DNA from: Scyliorhinus canicula
Taxonomy: Eukaryota
Reading direction: 5' to 3'
NCBI RefSeq assembly: GCF_902713615.1
Contig: NC_052154.1
Coordinates: 69,708,096-69,772,095, forward strand
Length of the DNA: 64,000 bases
The notes under the pieces are model-generated. The model had not been told where the DNA came from. It saw only the letters and a list, made by a program, of their open reading frames with translations, and did no database searches. Shown in pieces: positions 50,520-63,323 of the stretch (the stretch's first letter is position 1; each line of letters opens with the position of its first letter). The translations under genes and the position numbers were made by a program.

Positions 50520-52347
50520 TCACTGATCCTCGATGTGCTTTGCCTTCCTAGCTCTACTACTGCATCAAGGCATTTCCCCAGGATGCATATCAGAGCTGGA
50601 GACAGCCAGCTGCTCACCTAGTCCCATTGCCTTCGATGCTCCTGGAGGGTGTCCTCTGGGGCAAAGGGCCCTGCTCACCTAGTCCCATTGCCTTCGATGC
50701 TCCTGGAGGGTGTCCTCTGGGGCAAAGGGCCCTGGCGCACTTGTCGGGGGCAAATGCACAGCCTTGCGCCCTGTTCCGGGTGGTGACTGTGAGACATGGC
50801 CTCATCAGAGGGGCAGAAATTGGGTGGAGCTGGTGGCCATTGTTGCCACTCCATGGGACAGGTCCGGGTTGGCACCCAGCACCCCTTCCTCCAGGTCAAT
50901 GCTCATAGGGCCCCAGGGTTCACCGTAGGTCAGAGGGACAGCTGGTTTGAGCCCCGGCTGCCCCTGCATCATCTGGCTCTGCCAATCCTGGCGGCTCCCC
51001 ATGGTCTGCACCATCGTGTCAAATCCCCCAGCGATGCTCCTCAGTGACTGAGACAAGCTCCGCAGCACCTCGGCCGTTCCCATCTGAGAGTGGGACATGT
51101 CCTGCAGAACCTGATCAAGGTCAGCCTGGTTCTGCTGAGACCTCCGCCATGCCAGTCACCGACTGGGCGATGCCTTGGACTACTTCACTAATGATGCCGA
51201 CGTCGTGCACCAGGCTCTCCACTGCAGACGCCACCCTAGCAGTGTTGGGCTTCGTGCCACGCATTGCCGGCGCCATCTTCTGCACCCATAGCCTCTGGGA
51301 CTCCTCCAATCAGCCATGGATCTACTCAAGTGTCACTGACATCTCCCTATGAATGTCCTTACCGCTCCCTATTGTCTTCATCAGCTCCGGGAATATTTCT
51401 GCCAGAGGCTCAGCATCAGGCTGATACCCAGCTGGAACCTGGGATCCAGCAGACCTCCGACTGCTGACTTGCCTGGGGGCACCTGACTCCACCTGATGTA
51501 CTTCAGCAGCTGTGTGGTGCTCACCAGATTGTGCCCCAGAGGTCTGACCACTAACATTTCCCACCGGGCTGCCTGCATATGCGCTGGTCGAGAGTGGGGA
51601 TGACAGTTGTGATGCCTCGATTGTGTCTTTCTTGGACCTCCCCTCCGAGATGCTCTTGTGGGAGGCAGGAGAGGGGCCGCCCAGGATGGGCCAGTGCCGT
51701 CAGCTGGAGGACCTGCGGGAGAATGGACATGTGGTCAGTGGGAGGGATGGGTCAGTCAGTAAGGCTATAAAAACTCTCGTTTGACAGGTCCTCCGAGTGG
51801 AGCCCAGTGGTTCCTCACCGCTGTGACATTCACCAGCCTCCGCGTGGGTGACCGCCCTGTCCTCGGCCACCCCTGTCACTTCCAGGGCACACTCCTCGAA
51901 GGAAGTGAGGATTCTTAAGTCTGGCACCCCACCGCCCGTTTGGGCCCTTGCCCGCCGATTGTGAAAGAGCTTTTCCTGCAGACAGCATTGTTAGGCATAT
52001 GCATGGGGAAGGTGTGTGAGGAAGGGTTGGGGGTTGGGGGGGTTGAAGGGAGGGTTGGGGGATACATGGAGAGTTGTGGGGTGGGGGGGGGGCAATGGTG
52101 TCTATTTACTCATGCTGCTCCAGTGTAGGTCATTGACTTTTTTACGGCACTGGAGGCCAGTCCTCCTGGTCACACGCCCCGAGCTGGCAGCTGCTGCCAC
52201 CTCGTCCCAGGCAGCACTGGCTGCCCAATGCCCAACTTTCCAGGAACCTCGGAGGAACCGAACATCTCTGCTGGCCTCCATGGCGACTCGGCGCCTTCCC
52301 AGATCTGCATCCCCGGATCTTGGGGCCGGTCTCCAATGGCCAGCCAT
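50520..52347 (-). pseudogene. Harbinger Myb/SANT-like gene pseudogene (exons ~52347-52110, 51975-51819, 51712-~50520)
   Basis: Exon 1 AAWDEVAAAAS...RTGLQCRKKVNDL; exon 2 cag|EKLFHNRRARAQTGGGVPDLRILTSFEECALE|gtgagg; exon 3 acceptor cccgcag. Confidence 0.85.
50610..50731. repeat. Perfect 61-bp tandem duplication
   Basis: ctgctcacctagtccc...gcaaagggcc twice, identical. Confidence 0.95.
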
Positions 52348-54549
52348 TGTTACGAGCTGGCTGGGGTTGGCTGAGCAAGTGCAGCTTAAGTGCTGCTCGA
52401 CCTTGTTAGCGGGGGGGGGCTGGCGAGCGCGGTGCCGGCTAATCAGTTGGCGAGCCTTCACTTGCGGCGAGAAGCCAGTGAGGCCTCGTTAAGTGAACCA
52501 ATTAATGTTAAATAGCGTTGCTGGCCTCACTGGGCCGAGCGCCCGGAAACCCATGACAATTCCCGCTCGCTACACACTTGGAAACCTTTCCGGAGATCCC
52601 CTCCATTATTTAACCTTGTTCCCAACTCGCTGTACATGAACAGTTTGAAAAATCATTTAGCCTCTGGAGATAATTAAAATGTTCCCTATTTAATATAAAT
52701 AAGGAGCATCTATTTGCTGCTGTAGTGTATTCGCCAGTCATACCCAACCAACTAATGAGTGGGATGTACTGGTGCAAATTCCGCAAGGCTGCACTCCTGC
52801 TGTGGAGCTCCTCAAGAAGAGCGTGTGAGTTGGATATGCAGAGTTATGGAAAGAAGCACCTCTTGCTTTAGCCTCTCCCCAAGGCACACCAGCAAACACA
52901 CCATCTGATGCCCTGGATCAGCTCTTGAAGCAAATTACACCCCATCTACCTACCCCACCCCGCCCCCAACTGTTGTCCAGATTAAAATGAAGAAACTGCT
53001 TTTTTCGCATGGAGTGCATTGACATATTCTATGAATGAAACCAAAGAAACCTGTTATTCTTGGGGCTGAGGGGAGAAGGTGGGGTAACATTTCCTGACAA
53101 GGAGCCATGTCCTCCTTCATTTGGCTCAACTTAATGAAGGAGATGCTACACAAGAGGAGAGCAGTCAGTTTGTATGACTTAATAATCCAGGGAGAAAACG
53201 GAGTCTGAAAGGGCAGCAAACACAAAGAATTGGATAGTCTGATTGGGATGTCTCAAAATGTCTCAAAAAACCCAGAAAATAACCCGTCTCCAGTTTAAGG
53301 GAGAAAGCACCCCACACGTTGAAACGCATGCCTGCATTAGGGCAAGAGGAATGCTCTTGGAATGGACTTGCCAAAGGACACCAAGATGCCAACCAGCCCA
53401 TAGCTGAGTGGCAAGATTCACCACTGGGCCACTACCAAGGTGATTCATTTTGAGAAAACAGTTTGCTGCTTATATAATCCAACAAGTGCCTCTTTTCCTG
53501 AGTATACTGTTGGCCTGATATTCAGTCACCTTTAACATACCTTCAGCATAGAAAGCAGGGAGTGCTCTCACCAGTGGGTGAACTACACTGATTACTGTAA
53601 TCAAAAAGCCTGCAATTATACAGTCCAACCCATACACACTAAAAAAAACACCTCACAAAGGCACAATTGTAGGAAGAAGAAGAAAATAAGACCCAATAAG
53701 TTAAAAATGTTTCTTGTTACCTTTTCTACCCCAGTGCAATATACAGAATTAATGCAGAGCAACTAGATTAACAATCAGTAGAAAGTCTATTGAACTGTAA
53801 ACTGGGTTTGTGTTCAAAGTTGTCAGGAGATTACAGTAATGGGTGGGCATGCTGCAATTAACATTTTTCAAGTGTCATATCTCTTTGGAGGAATTAATGA
53901 CCATGCACTGTGACTATATTATTGTATCCTCAGTCAGTATGTAGCATACAGTATCCCAATACCATGCCTAGTGTGTGCTCAGTGTCCAGAAAATGGCACT
54001 AAATCACAGCTTCACTTCAAATGCGTCTTAGGTGCAGAAAATGGTGTAGGGAAGTCAGCGGTCATACACTATTGGATCCAAAGGGTGTGCTTCACATGCA
54101 AGTCTAGAGAGTGGTTATTAGCAGGTAATTGACCATAAGGAAGAAGTGAGTGGCAGAATAACAGCTCCACTCAACTCAGTCCCCACAGACACCCATTTAA
54201 AAGAGAGGTCCTTGGGTGGCAATCTTGAATGACAATATTACTCGACTTTTCTCTCTTCCTAACTTGGGGGTTGCTACTCATCTAAAAGCTATTGAGGTAA
54301 GTGAGCCTGGAGTCTCCTGAGGCTCAGGACCACATCAAGCTCTCAGGGCAAGACATTTCTTCAAAATGTATATATTATAAATAGAACAAATGAGGTCCTC
54401 TTGGGTCCCACCCATTTCTTCCTCTAGGTTAGTTAATGGGCTACTTCCAGTCAGTATAAAAATTATTCTGATATTACATTCTAAAATATTCAGCTTTCTA
54501 TTCACACATCCATAAAATCTGATAAATCGTCGATATTGAGATTACTAAT

Positions 54550-54920
54550 TTGTTCTTTAGTGAGATGTGGGCGTAGCTGGCAAGGCCGGCACTTGTTGCC
54601 CATCCCTAACTGCTCTTGGACCCAATTGCTAAACCATTTCAGAGGGCAGTTAAGACTCAACCACATGGCTGTGGATCTAGAAGTCACAATTCGGTCAGAC
54701 CAGGCAGTGCTGGCAAAGGACATTAGTGACCCAGGCAATCAATGGCAGTTTAATGGTCACCATTACTGAGCCTAGCTTTACATTCCAGATTCATTTGTTG
54801 AATTTTAAATTCCATCAGGGAATAAGATTGGCAGGGTGGGATGTGAACCCTTGCCCAAGAACATTAGCCTGGGCTTCTGGATTACTAGTCCAGCGACTTG
54901 TCATTATGCCACCATCTCCC
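54550..54920 (-). mobile_element. Older tRNA-derived SINE with L2/CR1-like tail
   Basis: Tail gcccatccctaa...; tRNA-like head ending near 54920. Confidence 0.7.
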
Positions 54921-55409
54921 CAAATTTGTGCTTGCTTAATTTGAAGGCCAGTTGGATAGTGAATTAGTATACATTACTTAGATGGTGAGTGCAGGTGGAC
55001 TAGAGGAACAAAGGAACCTTGGACTATAAATGCACCAATCACTAAATGTTGTGCCACAGGTTTAAAAAGGCCATAAAAAAAGCAAACAAGGCTTGGAGGG
55101 ATAGAATTGAAAAAGAGGGAAGTTATGCTAAACATGTACTAGACCTTAGTTAGAGTCAGAGTTTTTTCCAGCACGGAAAGAGGCCCTTTGACCCATCATG
55201 TCCTTACAGGCCATCAAGCACCTCTTTATTCTAATCCCATTTTCCAGCATTTGGTCCACACAGCCTTGTATGCTGCATGCAGTTCTGCTCACCATATTAC
55301 ATAAAGGATATAGAGAAACTGGAGAACATGCAGAGATGATTTACAATGATGCTCCGAGGAATGCCAGTGTGCACAGATCAGGAAAGGTAGACAGGCTGCG
55401 ACTCGTTTG

Positions 55410-55582
55410 TCTCAAAGCACAAGGCTACATAGCTGGCTTTTAAAGCAGACCAAGGCAGGCCAGCAGCACGGTTCAATTCCTGTACCAGCCTCCCCGAACA
55501 GGCGCCGGAATGCAGCGACTAGGGGCTTTTCACAGTAACTTCATTGAAGCCTACTCGTGACAATAAGCGGTTTTCATTTTCA
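55410..55582 (+). mobile_element. Short SINE (2721 family) inside an old CR1 fragment (~54940-55640)
   Basis: Family body and ttttcattttca tail. Confidence 0.85.
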
Positions 55583-56099
55583 GTTAGAAAGTTGAGGAGT
55601 GTCTCAATATAGAAAGCATGTTTCCTCTTATGGGGAAGCCATACCTAGAGGCTATCTCCCATCAACAGAATCACCACAAATGAAAAATTGTGAGGCTGCA
55701 ATTGCAAACTGGATAATTTAGGGGATAATCATTTGCCATGCAATTCCCAACCATTTCATGGGGAACACCATAACGTACTGCACGAGCAGGAGGCGGATAT
55801 TGGAAAACATTGTGGATAGGATTTTTCGGCCGCATCCGCCCAAGACCGGAAATTCCCGCCCGAGGTAAACAGACTATTAAATGATCCATCAAATTTTCCA
55901 TCCCGTCCACAATGATTCCCACCATGGATGGGAGCGGAACATTTATCATAAAGAACTACAAAAATCCAACTGAACCATTGCTCAAGTTACCTGGCATGTT
56001 ATTGTGGAACATTTTAATTTGACAGTCAGAAATATAACAGTGGTCTTAGGCATGAATATACTTGCACACTATAAAGCCGTCACACAGGTTTCGGCCTAC

Positions 56100-56171
56100 C
56101 TTTTTGTCCAGCTTTCGTCCAGCCATGCTAAGGGTGATTACTCTATTATCTGATATTTCTTGGGCACTTAT
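56100..56171 (-). CDS. CPNE2: Copine-2 coding exon, C2A-C2B junction ([24 protein letters not shown])
   Basis: 72 bp, acceptor ctttgcag|ATA, donor AAG|gtaggc. Matches CPNE2 [24 protein letters not shown]. Confidence 0.93.
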
Positions 56172-58279
56172 CTGCAAAGATAAGAGAATGCATTAACATT
56201 ACATTTCGTAAAATGTATTCAGTTAATTGCCTGCCAACACATCTGCTGCACACCAGGTGGGTGACTTTATAATCCTTTAATGCCAGCATAAAAATACACT
56301 TGTGGAGGAGCAAGAATAAGACCAGGACCCAGATTTCTGCTCCCGGGCCGGGTGCACAGAGACAGGAGATTCCTCCCCACGCTTCAAAACTGGCTGCCCA
56401 GACGTCAGTCTGGAGAGAGCAGACTGGATTAAAAGGCAACTCGGAAAGAACTGAGGAGGATGCTAGGTGAAGACATGGGCTGGACAGAAGGCCTTCCACG
56501 GGGTTCCGGCATGTTGTAGAAAACATATTTTAAAAAAAGAATAAAACATGAAACATCTCTCCAGCCCTTACTCCTCCACAAACCCCCCATGCCAACCCAT
56601 GCCACCTCGTGCTCCCACCCACCCATGGCCCTTCAAGCCCCAAAGCTAAGGTATGTCCCTAGACAGTCCCTATGGCTCCTCATGCCTCCCTATGTGAAGC
56701 TATGCCCCCCTACCAACTCCTTTGGCCCTTTATAGCCATGTTAACTTATACCCTTCTACTCAACCCTTCATAGCCTCTATGCCAACCTATTGTCAACTCA
56801 TGACAACCCATGCCTCCAACCCACCACACTGCCGTTACACCTACCACACCAACTCATCTGGTATCCACCATGGACAGGCCTCAGGACGCAGGCAAAGATT
56901 AAATAAAATTCTAAAAAACAGTCTTAAGTGGCTATTGTAGACAACAATATTTCATTTCATTTCATATCGAAAAAAACACTCCCATGCATAACATGCCATT
57001 TACTATATTTACATTCCTTCAATAAGGCCTTATAGCAACAATTTCACTCAAATGCACAATCCCTTATAACAACAAACACTGTAATTCACCTGACATCAAA
57101 TAATCTATAACCATTTGAAACTCTTGGTTAAACTGTGAAATCGGAAGCACCCTCCTGTGATAATGGATGGATGTGAAATCAGTCATAGAGCAATAATCCA
57201 GTAATGGAAGCCCTCAGGTTTATGTCAACAGACTTGAATAAATTAAATAACCAGCAACCATGCTTTTTAAACATTCCCCCCAAATATTTAAAGGGCAGGA
57301 CTTTTAAACGTCTTGACAACTCCCTTTGATAGTTGTTCTAACACTTTTGACAGCTGATTTTGACAGGCATGTGACAGTTTAAAATGAACTTGACAGAATG
57401 CAGGTTTACACACATTGATGCCTACTTTTCACCATCCCAAAGGATGCTGTACACCCCCCCCCCCCCAAAGGGCACCTGACCTCGCCCAAAGGGTATCCCA
57501 GGACCATATCTAAAGGGATGCCTTACCTCTTCAAAGTGGCTCCCTTATCTCTTCAAAGGGGCTCCCTGGCAATGCAAATGAAACCACAAGTTCAGCCTAC
57601 TTTTACCAGTTCTAATCTGGACACTTTGGGTTTCAGACTCCAAGGGCTGATAATTCGGTTGCGTGCTAACAACGGGTTCTGTACCTGGAAATTGCTGTTG
57701 TTCCTACTTCCAGGTCCGCCATGGTAAGGCAACCGATAATATGGTAATTGCTGTGAATTAGCAACAAGGTGGGCTAGAGACAGTCACCCTGGCAAAATGA
57801 ATGCTTGAAGGCGAGATGTCCGGTCTCTGAGGCTGCAGGCTGTGACCTGGAACAGGGTAACGACCAGCTCTTTAAAAGGCCCACTGGCACAGGACAGTGT
57901 CATGTGACCCATCCACTGATCAACTGAGTGCATGTTCCAGGCTAGCCAGGTAAGTTAATTTAAATTTGCGCGAACTCTTGCCAACCATGTCCACCATCAT
58001 AGAAGAAATTTTAAAATAAGCAACTCTCCAACCTTTTGGTTTGAGAAGTTGTACATTTATTTCCATGCAGAGATGTCTATACCAAAGAGAAAAGGGGAGA
58101 AACGTTCTAAAGGGGGCAAAGCTGCCACTCAGTGAGGCCGCCTTTCCTACCCTCCTTCATGCAGCGTATGATCAAAGTGACAAGTTCATGCCGAGTGCTG
58201 AGAAAAGGAGGAGCAAGAGTTCACCAAACCCCTTCTATGGCAGTGGCGAGACGTATCACAGAAACCTTTTGCCATAATA

Positions 58280-59460
58280 AGGCATTCCTGGTGTCAAAGG
58301 CCATTCACTCGATCATGGCCAGGGCCACCAACAGGAGCAACACTGTGGCCCCTCCACTCATCATTGCCCTTGCCCTTAGATGATTGGTTGTCATCTGGCA
58401 TGTCATCATCCCCCAAGGCATCTCCTCCATGGATGGCGATGTTATGGAGTGCACGGCAAACCATGACCATCAGGGACACTTTTTAAATTTTATTTAGAGT
58501 ACCCAATTCATTTTTTCCAATTAAGGGACAATTTAGCGTGGCCAATCAACCTAACCTGCACATCTTTGGGTTGTGGGGGGGAAACCCACGCAAACACGGG
58601 GAGAATGTGCAAACTCCACACGGACAGTGACCCAGAGCCAGGATCAAACCTGGGACCTTGGCGCCTTGAGGCAGCAATGCTAACCACTGCGCCGCCGTGT
58701 TGCCCTCATCGGGGACACACGAGGGGAAGTAATGTAGTGCACCTCAGATCAGCCCATAATAGGAATTGCATCTTGAGGAGACTCATGGTTTGCTCCAGCC
58801 ATGGTGCTGGTGTGGCTCTCACTGTATCTCCACTTTGCATCAGGTCTGGACACCTTCATAAGTGTCATTAGCCATCTTTTCAGCGGATAACCCTCATCAG
58901 CTAATAGCCAACCCTCCAAGGATGTAAAAGGTCTGGAATCTGAGAGTTTCTATTGGGTGTACGAGTGTGACAGCCTCCCAGATACTTGGCACACACCTGC
59001 ATGACCCTCTAATTATGATTGCACACTAGCTGCACAGTGATCAAGTGGAAACACTTTCTGTTTACAGAAGGGCTGTCCAGCAAGAGGCTCAACGGCTACA
59101 GGAGTGCAGTCAATGGCTCCCTACACCCTTGCGAAACTGGTAATCGCTCTATCCATTTGAATTTGAACATCCGGCGAGAAACAGATGTAATTCCCTGCCC
59201 TTTGGAATGTTGGATCTGTGAACCCCTTGATTAAATGGTGTGCTGCAGGCTGCGTTATCCCAGTAATGTCTCCACAGGCGGCCTGGAATGAGCCTGTTGC
59301 CAAGATGTAAATAACTTGTCACCTTCAATGCAACAGGCACTGGATGGCTCCCAAGGCAATTGGATGAGATCTCCCCTGCGAGCATCTCACATAGTAATGT
59401 CACAATTGCTCTGAAAAGCCTGAGTCCCCTGCAGCAATCCTCACTCAAGTGTAGGCAGCT
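58280..59460 (-). pseudogene. Second, more decayed HARBI1-like transposase pseudogene
   Basis: HPVPVALKVT, ATGSFQ, GAIDCTPVA, VNRKCFHLITVQLVC, GWLLADEGYPLKRWLMT, CRALHNIA; interrupted by SINEs. Confidence 0.85.
58480..58705 (-). mobile_element. A-tailed V-SINE with ~12-bp TSD
   Basis: catc(a/g)gggacac on both sides. Confidence 0.88.
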
Positions 59461-59461
59461 G

Positions 59462-60022
59462 GAGGCAGCACTGTGGCACAGTGCTTAGCATTGCTTCCTC
59501 ATGGCGCCGAGGTCCCAGGTTCGATCCTGGCTCAGGGTCACAGTCCGTGGGTAGTTTGCACATTACATAGTACATAGAACATACAGTGCAGAAGGAGGCC
59601 ATTCAGACCATCAAGTCTGCACCGACCCACTTAAGCCCCCATTTCCACCCTATCCCCGTATCCCAATAACCCCTCCTAACCTTTTTGATCACTAAGGGCA
59701 ATTTATCATGGCCAATCCACCTAACCTGCACGTCTTTGGACTGTGGGAGGAAACCGGAGCACCCAGAGGAAACCCACGCAGACATGGGGAGAACGTGCAG
59801 ACTCCGCACAGACAGTGACCCAGCGGGGAATCGAACCTGGGACCCTGGCTCTGTGAAGCCACAGTGCTATCCACTTGTGCTACCGTGCTGCCCATATTCT
59901 CCCCGTTTGCGTGGGTTTCGCCCCCATAACCCAAAGGTGTGCAGGGTAGGTGGATTGGCCACGCTAAATTGCCCCTTAATTTAAAAAAAATGAATTGAGC
60001 ACTCTAAATTTATTATTAAAGA
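59462..60022 (+). mobile_element. A-tailed V-SINE split by a nested HE1-like SINE
   Basis: TSD agtgtaggcagctg on both sides. Confidence 0.85.
59566..59893 (-). mobile_element. HE1-like V-SINE (nested)
   Basis: Complete element interrupting gtttgcacatt|ctcccc of the host SINE. Confidence 0.9.
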
Positions 60023-60739
60023 AAGTGTAGGCAGCTGAATCAATGCCCCTATACCCTTGGGGTGGCATAAACTGGCTGAAGTGAGTGTTCCTGAACACCA
60101 CCTTACCATTGGGGACTGGCGCTGCTGCTTTGTCTCCTTCCTGAGGAATGATAGCATCCTGAGCCTCCATTCCCTTCTTCCTTTCACCCTACTACACACC
60201 TGCACCTAATCCTTCTCTCCTCCTCACTGGAGGTTGTGTCTCTAAATCAGACAACAATCCCCACCTGTCTCGCACACTCTTCACCCCTCATACTGGTTAA
60301 TAGACAGGCAAATGTTCCGTCAAAAGAGCCCTTTGAATCAGAGGAGAGTTCTCCTCATGATAAATGCCCAAAAGGTTCCTCTATCCACTCATATGAACAT
60401 TCCTCAAAGTCAATACAATTAGAACTGCAAAGCTGAGGCTCTGGTCTCAGCTGCCTTTTTAAAAACCCATCCAAACAAACTACTCTTAAGAAAGCAGATT
60501 CCCCACTCATTGTAAATTTTACCCTGATGGTGTATTACTGTCTTCTGACCATATTATTGCAGCGAGATGGATGGGGTGTTAATTAGTTGAATTGCCTTTT
60601 AAATTGATAATTAAATAATGTGGGTGGGTTCCTGGCTTTTTGAGCCATCGGTGTGCCATATCATTGCAAACCGGTGTGATGACATCCTAAACTGAGTGCA
60701 ATGTCAACACAGCCCTTAATATGTTCCGTAAAGAACAGT

Positions 60740-61207
60740 TTTTTTGAGGAGGCGGAGGACAAGTGTGGGCTCTGGGAGGGGGGGGGGGGCGGGGGGGCAG
60801 TCCTGCGAACCATGTGCATATGATCTGGGCGTGTCCGAGGCTGAGGGGATTTTGGCAGGGATTTGCGGATGTCATGTCAGAGGTCCTGGAAGGGAGAGTG
60901 ACGCCGAGTCCAGAGGTGGCAATATTTGCAGTGTCGGAAGATCCAGGAGCGTTCATCGACTTCTTCAAGGAAAATTAGGGGGGGGGGGGGGGTGTGGAGG
61001 AAGGGAGAGGCATGGAACTGACGAATAAGGGTAGGAAAACTAATGAAGGGAGAACCGTGAGATGGAGTAGTTACACGGACCACGATAGTCAGGATTTATT
61101 CTTGGGGGGGAGATGGTTATGTTATTGTGAGTTTTTTGTTTGTTGGATTTCTTTGTTTAAAAGGTTAAATTATAAATGCCTTAATAAAATATTTTCTAAA
61201 AAAAAAA
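60740..61207 (+). mobile_element. L1/Tx1-clade 3' fragment
   Basis: PANHVHMIWACPRLRGFW; aataaa plus A-tail. Confidence 0.85.
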
Positions 61208-61752
61208 TGTGGGAAATCCTCCGGATCTTGCAGCGTAAAATTCAGTCCCAAGGCGACCAAAATCTCACTGAGTGTAGGCGGTTGATGCTTTAACTGGTCG
61301 GCTGCCCCATAAAGCCCATATGTGCAAAACGTCCTCAGTCCCAATTCCCACCGTGCGAAAATGGGAATTGCGATCGATGGGGGCAGGACATACGATTTTC
61401 CATCACTCCCGTTATTTTCACCTCAAGAGAGAGACTCTCCACTATGGCAAATATCTGGACGCAAGTGCATAAATTGAAGGTTAATTTGGACATTTCCTTG
61501 GATGTTAAGCAATAGCATCAAGCACACTCAGATCAGCTAGATAATGAAGAATGAAGCTTACTCTGAGATTCCTGACTATATTTCTTCCCTGCAGACCTTA
61601 TTCCAAATACTGATTCACGGAGTTAGAAACCCAACACAGTAGAACTGGTCAGAATGATCAATCTACTTGGCCTTACTGCTTCACCAAGCACATATTGGTT
61701 TAAGAGTTTATTTTGTTATCATTGTGATGGTCAATATTAAATTTGACTGTAC

Positions 61753-61827
61753 CATTATTGTTCCTTTTCCAGCAGGTTTCCCATTGGTCAGAGTAAGCGG
61801 CCGCGTCATCTTCTTGCTTGAAACAAT
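61753..61827 (-). CDS. CPNE2: Copine-2 coding exon ([25 protein letters not shown])
   Basis: 75 bp, acceptor gacgcag|ATT, donor ATG|gtacag. Matches CPNE2 [25 protein letters not shown]. Not in the ORF track. Confidence 0.93.
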
Positions 61828-61842
61828 CTGCGTCATTAATCA

Positions 61843-62106
<264 letters not shown>

Positions 62107-62622
62107 TCAGAGAAGATACAATAAGAAGGGTTTCATTTTACGTTAAGTTCTACAACAGAGGTAATTTTATGGTGGACATTTATTTCCGGATATACACTGG
62201 TGAACATGTTGGGAGACTTTCGATGCTAACTTTGATGTTCCAGAGGTTAGAGATGTGGGGAGGCTATTTAGTTCAATGGATTTTTGGCTGGAAATTTCCA
62301 GTCTTTATTACTCACAAAACTAATTCAATAGTTGCATCTTCTTGTAACATTTTTGTTTAGTCCAAATTGGTGTGATCTGCATGTGTTGGCAGTCCCTCCC
62401 AACATGATTGATTCTTAGCTTCTCTCTGAAGTGGTATTACAAACCACTTCATTGGATTAAATTACTCCAAGCAGTTCAAAATGTTGTCCCATCACCACAT
62501 TCTAGGGCAAGTAGAGATGGGCTTTGCTAGTGATGCCCACATTCTTACAGACAATTGCATTAGAAACAAATTAAATTTGTCTTCATTAGTATCTATTGTT
62601 GTATTTCATCCCTCAAGATCAG

Positions 62623-63307
62623 GGGCGAAATTCTCCGACCCCCAGCAGGGTCGTAGAATCGCCTGGGGGCGCCTAAAATCCTGCCCCCACCGTGGCAGAG
62701 ATTCTCCGCCACCCGGCAAGTGGCGGCGGCAGGAATCTCGCCACTCCGATCGGCGAGGCCCCTGCGGTGATTCTCCGGCCCGGATGGGCCGAAGTCCCGC
62801 CGCTGGGAGGCCTCTCCCGCCGCCGAGGTTTGAACCACCTCTGGAACGGCGGGATCAGCGGCGTGAGCAGGCCCCCGGGGTTCTGGGGGGGTGGGGGGCG
62901 ATCGAACCCCGGGGGGTGCCCCCACGGTGGCATGGCCCACGATCGGGGCCCCCCGCTCAGACTCCGGGCCAGTGCCATGGGTGCACTATTACTCCTTCCA
63001 CGGCCGCCATGGCGGAAGCGGAAGAGAACCCCACATCGCGCATGTGCCGGCAGTGACGTCAGCGGCCAGCTGCCGCTGACGTCACTGCCGGCGCATGCGC
63101 GGACCGGCGAAAGCCTTTTGGCCAGCCCCGCTGCCGGGGGCGCCAGTTTTTTGCGCCGGTCTTCTGGTGGCAACCGCTCCGGCGCGGGGCTGGCCCCCAA
63201 AGGTGGGGAGAATTCCCCACCTTTGGAGAGGCGCGACCCCTGAGTGGTTGGCGCCACTCCCCTACACCGGTACCCTCCGTCACGCCGGGTAGGGGAGAAT
63301 GCCGCCC
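62623..63307. mobile_element. GC-rich Harbinger-type MITE, TSD CAG
   Basis: TIR gggcgaaattctcc / ggagaatgccgccc; cag at 62620-62622 and 63308-63310. Confidence 0.92.
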
Positions 63308-63323
63308 CAGAGATCCAAATTAC

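Larger units (their letters stand above)
48320..52604. mobile_element. Near full-length decayed PIF/Harbinger transposon, 4285 bp, TSD ATT
   Basis: Degenerate TIRs gtccgcgattctc / ggagatcccctcc; att at 48317-48319 and 52605-52607; two convergent genes. Confidence 0.88.
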
